Shown here piece by piece: positions 1 to 8,750 of a stretch of DNA of 17,085 nucleotides (position 1 is its first letter; each line of letters begins with the position of its first letter). The stretch lies in contig CAYUTF010000073.1 in assembly GCA_964447495.1 (NCBI GenBank), positions 1 to 17,085 on the forward strand, read 5' to 3'. Position numbers and translations under genes: made by a program. The stretch is from an uncultured archaeon. Lineage in GTDB: Archaea > Asgardarchaeota > Lokiarchaeia > Sigyniarchaeales > SOKP01. The notes below the pieces were generated by a model that saw nothing but the letters and a program-made list of their open reading frames with translations, was not told the origin of the DNA and made no database searches.

Positions 1-1
1 C

Positions 2-649
2 TTCCTAGCTTATAAAATACTTAAGCGTGATCGTAAGAGGTTAAATTTGATTTTTGGTGGCTTTTACCTCTCTGCAGTGATAGGAACAGCTATCAACTTC
101 ATTTATGGACCATTGGATGATCCCAACATTGTTGTAATATTAAATTTTTTTACGAACTTCGGCTACTTTTACGCACCAATTTTTCTCGTCGTTTTTGATT
201 TAATTTTGTTAAAATCTGAAAAAGTAATAAATACCACGAAACAACTACTTGTTTTAATTATCTATGGAATAGCTATGTTTGGAATGTTTGTTTTGCTATT
301 TATTCCAGGATATGGAGTAGACATAAGCGCAACAACAAATTGGTCCCCTGTTTGGAGTCTACCCTTCTTTATTTATGTAATACTCGTTGAAACTATTGGT
401 GCTGTTATACCGATTTATTACTTATCCTTGCAAGTGTACAAGAAGTTTGAAGATGATGTATTGCAAAAAAAGTGGAAATTTTTTATTTATGGATTTAGTG
501 CTCTTGCCATATTTATGTATGGAATATTTATATCAAATACATTAAATAATAGTACATTTCGAGTTATTATGGGATTTATTGGTCTTATATTAGCAATATC
601 CGGAGGATATTTAATGTACTACGGAGTAGGGCGCAGCTTATCCAAATAG
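2..649 (+). CDS. Stand-alone 7-TM membrane protein (HisKA_7TM-like sensor-type fold), 5'-truncated at window edge
   Basis: The frame is open from base 2 (FLAYKILKRDRKRLNLIFGGFY...), so the TTG at 47 is probably internal. There are six full hydrophobic segments plus the tail of a first one, basic cytoplasmic loops (KRDRKR, KSEK, KKFED..KKWK) and no soluble C-terminal domain. Stop TAG at 647-649. Confidence 0.75.
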   Translation, partial: FLAYKILKRDRKRLNLIFGGFYLSAVIGTAINFIYGPLDDPNIVVILNFFTNFGYFYAPIFLVVFDLILLKSEKVINTTKQLLVLIIYGIAMFGMFVLLFIPGYGVDISATTNWSPVWSLPFFIYVILVETIGAVIPIYYLSLQVYKKFEDDVLQKKWKFFIYGFSALAIFMYGIFISNTLNNSTFRVIMGFIGLILAISGGYLMYYGVGRSLSK

Positions 650-680
650 AAAAAAAATTTATTTTATTTTTCCTTTATTT
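650..680 (+). terminator. Probable oligo-T archaeal terminator region
   Basis: T-rich tract (tttattttatttttcctttattt) starting about 8 nt after the stop codon. Confidence 0.4.
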
Positions 681-828
681 TATCATCTGAAATTTTATTT
701 TTCAGAATTCCCATTATTACATATATATTTAAAAAATAGAATCAATAGAATTAATATAATGGACTTTATTTCTTTATTTCTTTAGAAAATACTTCATACA
801 AAGCAATACTAAAATGTTTTTGATGCCA

Positions 829-1176
829 ATGTCAGACGAAATTGAACGAGTAAGAGGTATTGGTCCCGTGGCTGCCGTTAATTTATTTAAAGCAGGAGTG
901 AAGTCTATTGAACAGGTTGCTAGCTCGAAACCCGAAGAATTAGCGTGGATTAAAGGTATTGGTGTCAAATCAGCCCGTAAGATAATTGAGAATGCAAATG
1001 AACTCTTAAAATTAGAAAAAAATATTCAACAAGTATTAAACGCTATAAAAGAAAACTTTACTAAAAATTGTCCTAAATGTAATGGATTAATGCAGAGTAA
1101 ATTCATAATTCTTGGACCAGAAAGGCGTTTAAGAGTTAAACAATGCTCTCTCTGTAAATTTTATTTACCCGAATAA
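829..1176 (+). CDS. Helix-hairpin-helix DNA-binding protein with C-terminal C4 zinc ribbon
   Basis: Two HhH motifs (VRGIGP..A, IKGIGVKSA), a helical linker, then CPKC...CSLC. In-frame ATGs at 814, 823 and 829; 829 (MSDEIERV) chosen as the likely start. Confidence 0.8.
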   Translation: MSDEIERVRGIGPVAAVNLFKAGVKSIEQVASSKPEELAWIKGIGVKSARKIIENANELLKLEKNIQQVLNAIKENFTKNCPKCNGLMQSKFIILGPERRLRVKQCSLCKFYLPE

Positions 1177-1214
1177 TCTTTTTACGAGATTATAAAAATT
1201 GCTTTGTCTGTGAT

Positions 1215-1892
1215 TTAAAAATTATAAAATTTTCCTTTATCAGCTAATTTGTAAACACCAAAATAATCCCTGCGTTTTTCCTTAACCCATACACTTTGCC
1301 ATTCTAAATCTTTAGTAAAAAATTGAGATCTGTGCTTCTTTAATGCCTCAAATGCTTTAAAACGGAGTTTTCCAAATCTAACATTAACAATATGCTCTTC
1401 TTTTGCTTTTAATGCAGTATGGATTGCATATACATAAAATTCTAAATCTTTTAGTCCTAATTTCTCTACCACTTTAACAGCAATATCATGAGCAGCTTGA
1501 TGATCTGGATGATCGTTATTATTACTAGGAAGGATAAATCTATCTGCATCTTTAATGATTCTGGTGAGTTTATTGACCGCATCATATATATGATTTTGTA
1601 AATCTTGATCGTGATACTTTAAAAAGTAACAATTTTCAGGCTTTATCCCTAACACTTTCGCAGATGCTGCTGCTTCAGCTAACCTTTTTTCAGCTAATTC
1701 CTCTTCTGTTATTCTGGTTTCTTCATTATCTTCTAACTCTCCTATCTTCCTTGCCTTTCTATAGCCTGCTCTTCCATCCGTAAGCCAAATAATAGAGACG
1801 TCATGTCCTTCTTCCAACCATTTTAAAATAGAACCTCCCGCTCCGAAAACCTCATCATCCGGATGAGGGGCAAACATATATATTTTAATCAT
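1215..1892 (-). CDS. PIG-L/LmbE family metal-dependent N-deacetylase
   Basis: Canonical motifs APHPDDE, LTDG, R..EA..S..VLG, HPDH and HRSQ. GAGGG lies just upstream of the ATG. Confidence 0.92.
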   Translation of the reverse strand: MIKIYMFAPHPDDEVFGAGGSILKWLEEGHDVSIIWLTDGRAGYRKARKIGELEDNEETRITEEELAEKRLAEAAASAKVLGIKPENCYFLKYHDQDLQNHIYDAVNKLTRIIKDADRFILPSNNNDHPDHQAAHDIAVKVVEKLGLKDLEFYVYAIHTALKAKEEHIVNVRFGKLRFKAFEALKKHRSQFFTKDLEWQSVWVKEKRRDYFGVYKLADKGKFYNF

Positions 1893-2035
1893 TATCCCTC
1901 GTTTGTATTCATATAGTTTATCTAATTTATATAAATGTTGGTTATAAATAGTGTAATAGTGTTATACTTTATTCTAAATATCCTATTGCAAAAAAATATT
2001 TCTCCTTTATAGTAAAAGATACCTTAATTAAAGCA

Positions 2036-2113
2036 ATCTTTAAAAAATCTTAAAGATATAATCAATAAATAATAATTTGCTTACAGTTTATAATGAATTA
2101 TTATTCAGTATAA
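2036..2113. promoter_or_regulatory. Divergent promoter region with two inverted repeats and a TATA-like box for the MFS gene
   Basis: ATCTTTAA-N6-TTAAAGAT at 2036-2057. TTATAATGAAT-N4-ATTCAGTATAA at 2088-2113 (10/11 pairs), overlapping a TTTATAAT box. Confidence 0.4.
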
Positions 2114-2144
2114 TTTAAAACGGATATTATACAAGGTAAAAAAT

Positions 2145-3638
2145 ATGACAGAAGAAGTAGAAGTATATCAAAATAAGAAACGCATTATGGCATCATATGG
2201 TACTAGAGAAATGTTTGGGCAGTTTATAACAGCAGCTTTCGGCTTTAATGTACTCTTTTTCTATGAAGCCGTTATAGGGCTCCAGGCATGGCTCATTATG
2301 ATTGCCTTTGCTATTTATAGTTTATGGAACGCCTTCAATGATCCTTTAATTGGTTATATCATGGAAAAAATTAAGTATCGTATGCCGTGGGAGAGAAAAT
2401 GGGGATATCGTAGAGTTCCATGGATGTTAATAGGTGCAGTACCCTGGCTTTTCACATACTTACTGATTTACATGGTACCAGTAGAATGGTATAGTACAGA
2501 GAGTGCATTAGCGGCCAATCAGTTCTCTATTTTCTTTTGGTACCTCTTGACCATTATATTATATGACACGTTACTCACGTTATATGATGTAAATGTTATT
2601 TCCATGTACCCAATAAAATTTCCTGGTTCTAATGAACGTCGAGTGGTGCAAGGATTTGGAACTGTTTTAGGCATACTCGGGTTAGTATTAGCTGTTTTAT
2701 TGCCTGGATTTTTCATTACAGACACTGGTAGTAATGTAGTAATTGCAAATTCATATTTTACGGCTGCACTGTTTGGGATAATAATTGGATTCTTCTTTTT
2801 ACTATTGATATTGCCCGGGATTTGGGAGGATAAGCGAATAAGAGCGACCTATGCACAAAGAAAAGAAGTTCCGGAAAGTGCTGAAATTGAGTCTTTTTTC
2901 AGAGAAAGTAAAAAAGCAATTAAGGATAAAAGGCTGATGCTTAAAATATTATTTTTCTTTGGATATCAAGTAGGAGGCGTCATGCTTCAGAATTCTGGAA
3001 GATATATTGTAACTTATATCCTTGGAGGAGGCGAATTAGAATTCATAATTGTTCTTGGATCTATGCTTCTGGGGGCAGCAATATCTATTCCATTATGGGT
3101 ATATCTTTCTAAGAAAATCGATAATAATAAGAAATTGAGTGTATATGCGGGATTTGCTATGTTTATTACAGTCGTCCCGATGATATTTCTTCCCGATGGA
3201 TTGATGTTACCTGGAGTGGCAACTGTAATCTGGGCAATTAGCTTATTTACATTTGGAATCGGTGTTGGAGGTCAATGGTTTATGGATCCACCGATGATGG
3301 GTGATGTACTTGATGATCATGCTGCAAGAACAGGTAAAAGACAACAATCAATCTATTATGGTTTTCAGGCGATGTTTATCCGATTAGGATATGCGATTAT
3401 AATAATTGTAATTGCATTAGTCCATATCCTAACTGGTTTTGATGAGGGCATCCCTACCTTAGCTCAATTGATGACCACTCCTAACTGGCAGATTGCCCAA
3501 TTTGGAATCAGACTTCATTCATCGATCATTCCAGCTATCATCGTTTTTATTACAACCTTAATTTTCTGGAAATACTTCGATTTAACTCCTGATAAAGTGA
3601 AAGAAAATAAAAAAAGACTAAAAGAATTAGGATTATAA
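2145..3638 (+). CDS. MFS transporter, glycoside-pentoside-hexuronide (MelB/GPH, MFS_2) family
   Basis: About 12 TM segments with WNAFNDPLIGY, WGYRRVPW, ERR, and MGDVLD....TGKRQQSIYYG motifs typical of GPH symporters. AAGGT RBS-like sequence upstream. Confidence 0.9.
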   Translation: MTEEVEVYQNKKRIMASYGTREMFGQFITAAFGFNVLFFYEAVIGLQAWLIMIAFAIYSLWNAFNDPLIGYIMEKIKYRMPWERKWGYRRVPWMLIGAVPWLFTYLLIYMVPVEWYSTESALAANQFSIFFWYLLTIILYDTLLTLYDVNVISMYPIKFPGSNERRVVQGFGTVLGILGLVLAVLLPGFFITDTGSNVVIANSYFTAALFGIIIGFFFLLLILPGIWEDKRIRATYAQRKEVPESAEIESFFRESKKAIKDKRLMLKILFFFGYQVGGVMLQNSGRYIVTYILGGGELEFIIVLGSMLLGAAISIPLWVYLSKKIDNNKKLSVYAGFAMFITVVPMIFLPDGLMLPGVATVIWAISLFTFGIGVGGQWFMDPPMMGDVLDDHAARTGKRQQSIYYGFQAMFIRLGYAIIIIVIALVHILTGFDEGIPTLAQLMTTPNWQIAQFGIRLHSSIIPAIIVFITTLIFWKYFDLTPDKVKENKKRLKELGL

Positions 3639-3644
3639 ATAAAT

Positions 3645-3670
3645 TTTAATTTTACTTTTTTTTATCTTAT
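3645..3670. terminator. T-rich terminator between convergent genes
   Basis: ttttaattttactttttttt directly after the MFS stop codon. Confidence 0.45.
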
Positions 3671-3721
3671 TATTTAATAATTTACCAACATCTATAGATA
3701 TCTTCATAAGAATAATCCTTG

Positions 3722-4168
3722 TTATTTATTTTTAAAATTGTAAATAGTATCACAGTATTCATCACCAGCAGCTACAGTTTTTATGATTTTTAGTTGTATA
3801 TTTTCATTCACAGCCGTTCGGAAATATTCAGCATCGATTTCCATCACTGCTTCGCATAATTCCCTCGATGTATTTTCTAGGCCAAAAGGACATCTATTTC
3901 CCTGAATTTGGAATTTTTCATCAGAGAGTTCAACGATTTTGATATCATTTGGATTATAGCTTTTTGAAAAAGCTGTAGCAACCGTTGATAACTTATTATT
4001 CTGTAGTTTATTTTTAATTTTTAAACCGAGAGACCGACCTTGTTTCTTGCAAACATCTTTGATTATAGATAAAGCATCCTTGCCGAATTTTTCATAAAAA
4101 GCCTTTATTAACATTCCTTGAGCTTCTATTGGGTTTTTTGGCAAAGTTCCCATATGTTTATCGTTCAA
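3722..4168 (-). CDS. Small ATC-hydrolase-like / V4R-like ligand-binding protein
   Basis: Pattern YEKFG...G...G, RCPFG, LCE....D, KTVAAGDEYC with three conserved-looking Cys. TTG start with GAGGT 6 nt upstream. Confidence 0.7.
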   Translation of the reverse strand: MNDKHMGTLPKNPIEAQGMLIKAFYEKFGKDALSIIKDVCKKQGRSLGLKIKNKLQNNKLSTVATAFSKSYNPNDIKIVELSDEKFQIQGNRCPFGLENTSRELCEAVMEIDAEYFRTAVNENIQLKIIKTVAAGDEYCDTIYNFKNK

Positions 4169-4221
4169 ATCATTACCTCTATTATTATAATATTCGATAA
4201 TTGAAATTATTTGGGTTTATA

Positions 4222-5262
4222 TTACCAACGCCAGTAGATATCTTCGGCATGCCCTAACATTTCTTTAATCTGAATCTTCTCACCAGTATCTAACACAACT
4301 TCTCCAGAATATAATCCATGTAAGAGTGATGAGTTGAGATAAATTAATCCAAAGTTTAACTTTTCTCTATGAGGAATGATTGGTTTTAATATCATATTAA
4401 ATCTATTATCATTACTTGTGAATTTCCATGGTTGAGTAGGATCGCGGTCATTTTCATGGTGAAATGTAACTTCATCAATTTTGTGTGCTTTTCCTTCATA
4501 AAATACAATGTTTTCCGTATGCGTTGAAAGATCTCCAAATCCATATCCTACATTAAAAGCTACTGGTTTCCCATCTACCAGTCCACATGCCGATCCCCAA
4601 AGCCAGTGTGTTTTATATGGCCATATACCTCGCCCCCAATCCATAAGTCCAAACGATGATTCCGGTTCAAAGTTATAGCTCTCCTCACCGAGCTTTATCG
4701 TGCCTTTAGCAGGCATGTAGTTAATTTTATGATTGTAATAGAACAGTTTAGGCTTTTTAGAGCCATAACCAGTTACCACCACAGTATTATCCATTTTAGG
4801 ATTATCTTCTAACGTAATTGAACCATTTATTCCTTTCTCTAAGAAAGTAGAATCATCAATGGTAAGAATTCTTTTATCGCCTTTTTTTTCAATAGTAGCT
4901 TTAAATTTATCAGTAGGGAATTCAATATAGCTGTTTTCTAAAGAACTAAGCGGAAGAATTTTAGATTTGGTGAAAAATTTCATTAGAGCCTGTCCATTTC
5001 TTTCTTTCTTAGTAAAATCAAGCCATACATAGCTCATCTGCGTTAAATAACCTATATCGCCTATAGTAAGCTGAAACCCAAATTCTTTATTCAGAACGGA
5101 ATAATGATCCCATTCTTTTATTCGAAAATAGCTTTTTCCTATATTTTCTTTATTGTAGTTTATTATAGGCTTACGAGCCCAACCTCTTTGCACAAGAGAT
5201 CCATCTTCATTGAACAAATCAGTAGGCTCTGTTATTTCATTCTGTTTTCCCATATTAATCAC
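4222..5262 (-). CDS. DUF2804 domain-containing protein
   Basis: Recognisable GWARKP..YN, RIKEWDHY, FYYNHKIN, MDWGRGIWPYKTHW.W, GYGFGD....TEN and terminal HAED..WRW. Start may be the second ATG (MGKQNEI). Confidence 0.8.
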   Translation of the reverse strand: MINMGKQNEITEPTDLFNEDGSLVQRGWARKPIINYNKENIGKSYFRIKEWDHYSVLNKEFGFQLTIGDIGYLTQMSYVWLDFTKKERNGQALMKFFTKSKILPLSSLENSYIEFPTDKFKATIEKKGDKRILTIDDSTFLEKGINGSITLEDNPKMDNTVVVTGYGSKKPKLFYYNHKINYMPAKGTIKLGEESYNFEPESSFGLMDWGRGIWPYKTHWLWGSACGLVDGKPVAFNVGYGFGDLSTHTENIVFYEGKAHKIDEVTFHHENDRDPTQPWKFTSNDNRFNMILKPIIPHREKLNFGLIYLNSSLLHGLYSGEVVLDTGEKIQIKEMLGHAEDIYWRW

Positions 5263-5361
5263 TATTTTTAGAAAAATATTTTCTATAATTATAATATTTT
5301 TAATTTGTTAAATTTTGAAAATTTAAAACTTTTAATTTTAGAAGTTAGAGATTGATTTATA

Positions 5362-7071
5362 TTAATAGCTCTTTGGGAAGAACTTGTTGAAGATCAAGGT
5401 ATAACTTATTATCAAAACAATAATTGCAAAGATGAGAAATATAATAAGTTCTTTATAATTATGAGAAAAATAGAGAGGGGATGTGACGGTAGATAAGAAA
5501 AAATAAATAAGATAACCAATGATGATAATTAAAACCCATTTAGAACCCTTGTTTAATGGTTGTACTTCATCAATTACATATCGATTTTTATCTTTGCCGA
5601 ATAATTTAATCCGTAATAGAAATATTAGCATTAAGAACAAAAATGTAAAGGGCAAGAGTAAAATAAAACTTATTAACAATTGTATGAATTTCGGATTAAA
5701 TATATAAATAAACGCAGGTAAAATAACACAAATCGATTGTATGATCATCATTAAAAACAATTTTGCTTTTGCACGTTCTCGAGGGATTATTGGTAAGGTA
5801 ACTAAAATTGTTCTTCCTGCAATTTCAATATTAAGAAGGTTATACACCAACATACACGAAACAATTAAATTAAAAGCTAAAATTACTAAACAATTAACAT
5901 ACATATCTGCTTTCAAAAGCGTATCTCCGCCTGTAAAAGTTGTATTATAATAAAAGATAAATACAAATGAAAATACAACTGGCATCACAACTGCCATAAA
6001 TGTTTGCAAATTTCGGGAAGCTAATATTAGGTCTTTTTTGATATATGCTATTACTGGACGTGATACATTAATATGAATCTGGTCCTTTCTTGGATCTAAT
6101 AAATAAAGAATTGGTCTATATTTAAGAGAAATAATTTTGTCAATTGCTTTTAAGGATTTATTGAAAAAGGAGTATAATAAAAGGAAGAATAATGCAAATC
6201 CAATTAGTGTATTGTTAAGAAGCAGGGTGGATACTTCTTGGGTCTGTGTAAAAAAAGTTATGATATAACAAGGATTAAAAGGAAAAGGTATTAAAGTTAA
6301 TATGAGATTAAGAAGAGGCGAATATCTATAATCAAGAAAACTACTAAGAATTCCACTAATGGAATTTAGGGTCAATTGAATGATTAAAATTGACCCAAAA
6401 ATTAGTATAGTATAACTAAAAACGTTGAAAAACTGAAAAAGGATGGAACTTCTAGGTTTAAATCCATGGCGATTCATGAATTTTACTAGGCTCTTTCCTA
6501 ATAATACTAATACAAAGAGAGAAAATAAGGTATTTAGACTTGATAATCCCAAACAAATTAAAAATAAGAGTAAATTCTGGGTTCCAATGAGCATAATAAT
6601 CGGAAAAGTAAAAATCATTACCAACAAAGTGATATCATAGTTTTGAAATATGGTAATCATTACTAAACTACGCAAACGCTTTTCTGATAAAGGTAAGGTT
6701 TTAAACCAGTTAAATATCTCACCTGACATGATATTAATGGAATTAAATATTCCCATTAAAAGAAAATCCGTGATTTGCAACACAAAGTATATCTCAAATA
6801 TTATACTTTTAATCAAAAAAGTGAACTCAAGTGGTACTGGATTAGCTGTGAAATATTCTTCAATGTTAAAGTATGCGAGAAGTGGGAAAAAAGGTAATAT
6901 GGCAAAAATTACTGCATTAAATAACTTTTGTGAAATTACCTTTAATTTAAGAGAGTTTTTCCTTCTACTGTACTTTTCGATAACTTTACTGATTGAAGTA
7001 CCTTGAAATTGCAGTTGTTCTTCTATAATTAATTCATAATTGATTATTTTTCCAATCGAATAAAGATGCAT
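5362..7071 (-). CDS. Polytopic membrane protein, putative ABC-2-type exporter permease (two-repeat)
   Basis: 569 aa with about 12-14 TM segments. The second half opens with AYIKKDLILASRN, and both halves carry a TLP[LI] motif (FKTLPLSEK, LVTLPIIPR), as in ABC-2-like permeases. Confidence 0.6.
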   Translation of the reverse strand: MHLYSIGKIINYELIIEEQLQFQGTSISKVIEKYSRRKNSLKLKVISQKLFNAVIFAILPFFPLLAYFNIEEYFTANPVPLEFTFLIKSIIFEIYFVLQITDFLLMGIFNSINIMSGEIFNWFKTLPLSEKRLRSLVMITIFQNYDITLLVMIFTFPIIMLIGTQNLLLFLICLGLSSLNTLFSLFVLVLLGKSLVKFMNRHGFKPRSSILFQFFNVFSYTILIFGSILIIQLTLNSISGILSSFLDYRYSPLLNLILTLIPFPFNPCYIITFFTQTQEVSTLLLNNTLIGFALFFLLLYSFFNKSLKAIDKIISLKYRPILYLLDPRKDQIHINVSRPVIAYIKKDLILASRNLQTFMAVVMPVVFSFVFIFYYNTTFTGGDTLLKADMYVNCLVILAFNLIVSCMLVYNLLNIEIAGRTILVTLPIIPRERAKAKLFLMMIIQSICVILPAFIYIFNPKFIQLLISFILLLPFTFLFLMLIFLLRIKLFGKDKNRYVIDEVQPLNKGSKWVLIIIIGYLIYFFLSTVTSPLYFSHNYKELIIFLIFAIIVLIISYTLIFNKFFPKSY

Positions 7072-7195
7072 GCGATAGATATAATCTCACTTTAAGAAGA
7101 CTTTAATTAAGATTTAATTATACTTGTTCCTAAATAATATCTTTTCATTTAAAGTAGATTAAGAATTTTTTTAATTAAAAAGATAAGAAAAGGTT

Positions 7196-8596
7196 TTATT
7201 TAACTTTTTTACAGATTTCCTCTATCTTTTGAGCAGTATGATCTATAATATCATCAGAATGAAGGATACAAGTGTAAAACCGACTTCCTGATACTGAAAT
7301 AATCTCTTGATCTACTAAAGCTGCCCCCATGTGTTCCATAAACTCTTTCCGTTCTTTAACTTGAGGAGATTGCTTTGGATCTGTTATATCTATACCAAAT
7401 ACACATGAAGTGTGAAAATGTACAGTTGCACCAAAATTATATGAGAACCATGGTAGATTGTATTTTTCGAAAACTTCATTTAATTTTGCAGAAATTTTTG
7501 CTGCTGCGTTTCCTGCAATTTCAGTCGCATTTGTTTCTTCCACAAATTTCATTGCCCAATACGCTGCTGCACATGTAAGAGGATTTGCGGCTAATGTCCC
7601 CCCACAATATGCTCTCTTTGCGCCTCCTCCTACTCCCGCGGCTACTGTTGCCATTACATCCGCTCGCCCACCTAATGCGGCAGCCGAAGGATATCCATGT
7701 CCAACAATCTTTCCAAAAATAGATAAATCAGGAGTGTATCCAAAATAGGCTTGACCACCTCCCATATGCAATCGAAATGCGCATACAACCTCATCAGAAA
7801 TTAGCAATGTATCGTTTTCATGACATAATTCTTCAACTTCTTTATTAAACTCTGGTCTTACCGGATTCGCACCAGATTCACCTCCCATGGGTTCTATAAG
7901 CACTGCAGCAACCTTTTTCTTTTCTTTAAACATCTCTCTTAAAGCTTCAATATCATTGGGGGGAATAGAATCTATATATTTATAAATTTCTTTTGGAATA
8001 CCATGAGATTCCATTCTTTTCGTCCCAGGTATATGTAAATCATAAAGTAGCTGATCTGACCATCCATGATAACTACCCCCAACTTTTATAACATATTTCT
8101 TCCCCGTAAATACACGTGCTACTCGAATAGCCAACATATCTGCTTCTGTTCCACTTTGAAGCCATCTTACATTTTCACAGGAGGGAAAATACTTTTGTAA
8201 TTGTTCTGCTGCTATATACTCATATTCACTTGTAATTCCGGTGCATGGACCGTAATTTTGAATAACATTTAGAACTTTTTCTGTTAAAGGCTTATAATTA
8301 TGCCCTAAAATTATGGGCCCTCCACACATTAAATAATCTAATAAAACTACATCATCAATAGTTTCCATATAACAATCATATACTTTTTTACTTGTTAAAG
8401 GAAAGGGATAATTAAATGCTAAATTATGTTCAACTCCTCCTGGAATTACCTTTCTTGCTCGCTTGAATGCTTCTTTTGATTTAACATGCCTTTTTTCATA
8501 TCTTTCAACAATGCCTTTTAATTCTTCTGGTTTGAATTCTCTTAATGGGGAACTTACTATGTTTTTTATCTTAGCAATTTTCTCTTCATAATCCAT
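7196..8596 (-). CDS. Class III PLP-dependent aminotransferase, glutamate-1-semialdehyde aminomutase-like (probably not true HemL)
   Basis: SGTEA, YHGWSD, IEP, SDEVV..FR, PDLSIFGKIVGHGYP (PLP lysine) and GGTLAANP motifs. Confidence 0.9.
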   Translation of the reverse strand: MDYEEKIAKIKNIVSSPLREFKPEELKGIVERYEKRHVKSKEAFKRARKVIPGGVEHNLAFNYPFPLTSKKVYDCYMETIDDVVLLDYLMCGGPIILGHNYKPLTEKVLNVIQNYGPCTGITSEYEYIAAEQLQKYFPSCENVRWLQSGTEADMLAIRVARVFTGKKYVIKVGGSYHGWSDQLLYDLHIPGTKRMESHGIPKEIYKYIDSIPPNDIEALREMFKEKKKVAAVLIEPMGGESGANPVRPEFNKEVEELCHENDTLLISDEVVCAFRLHMGGGQAYFGYTPDLSIFGKIVGHGYPSAAALGGRADVMATVAAGVGGGAKRAYCGGTLAANPLTCAAAYWAMKFVEETNATEIAGNAAAKISAKLNEVFEKYNLPWFSYNFGATVHFHTSCVFGIDITDPKQSPQVKERKEFMEHMGAALVDQEIISVSGSRFYTCILHSDDIIDHTAQKIEEICKKVK

Positions 8597-8643
8597 TGAA
8601 AACCATCTTAAAATATCATAATTTCCTTAAGTGATTAAAAGTG

Positions 8644-8679
8644 ATAAGACTAATTAATTTAATTATAGATTAGACTAAT
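8644..8679. promoter_or_regulatory. Candidate operator pair ATWAG-A-CTAAT in divergent promoter
   Basis: Perfect palindrome ATTAG-A-CTAAT at 8669-8679 and a one-mismatch copy ATAAG-A-CTAAT at 8644-8654. Confidence 0.45.
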
Positions 8680-8710
8680 GCTGATTTGTAAATATTTTTT
8701 TATTGTAATT

Positions 8711-8727
8711 CAAAAAAGCTTTATTTA
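8711..8727 (+). promoter_or_regulatory. BRE-TATA promoter of FGGY kinase, probably leaderless
   Basis: CAAAAAAGC followed by TTTATTTA (8720-8727), ending 24 nt before ATG 8751. No G-rich RBS before the ATG. Confidence 0.5.
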
Positions 8728-8750
8728 GTTTTAGTACATTAATAATAATT

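Noticed and set aside
2-649. Rhodopsin or true GPCR call for the 7TM protein
   Set aside because: No TM7 retinal-binding lysine and no GPCR motifs (DRY, NPxxY).
774-968. 64-aa minus-strand ORF
   Set aside because: Antisense shadow of the HhH gene with no recognisable motifs.
2519-2725. 68-aa minus-strand ORF
   Set aside because: Antisense within the GPH transporter.
3690-3699. Palindrome ATCTATAGAT between convergent genes
   Set aside because: Single short AT-rich palindrome outside any promoter; likely chance.
5519-7006. Four plus-strand ORFs (62-118 aa), Lys/Asn/Ile-rich
   Set aside because: Expected antisense read-out of T-rich hydrophobic codons of the permease gene.
7375-7748. Two plus-strand ORFs
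   Set aside because: Antisense to the well-supported aminotransferase.
7196-8596. Assigning hemL
   Set aside because: The HemL-specific N-terminal motif is replaced and there is no tetrapyrrole gene context.
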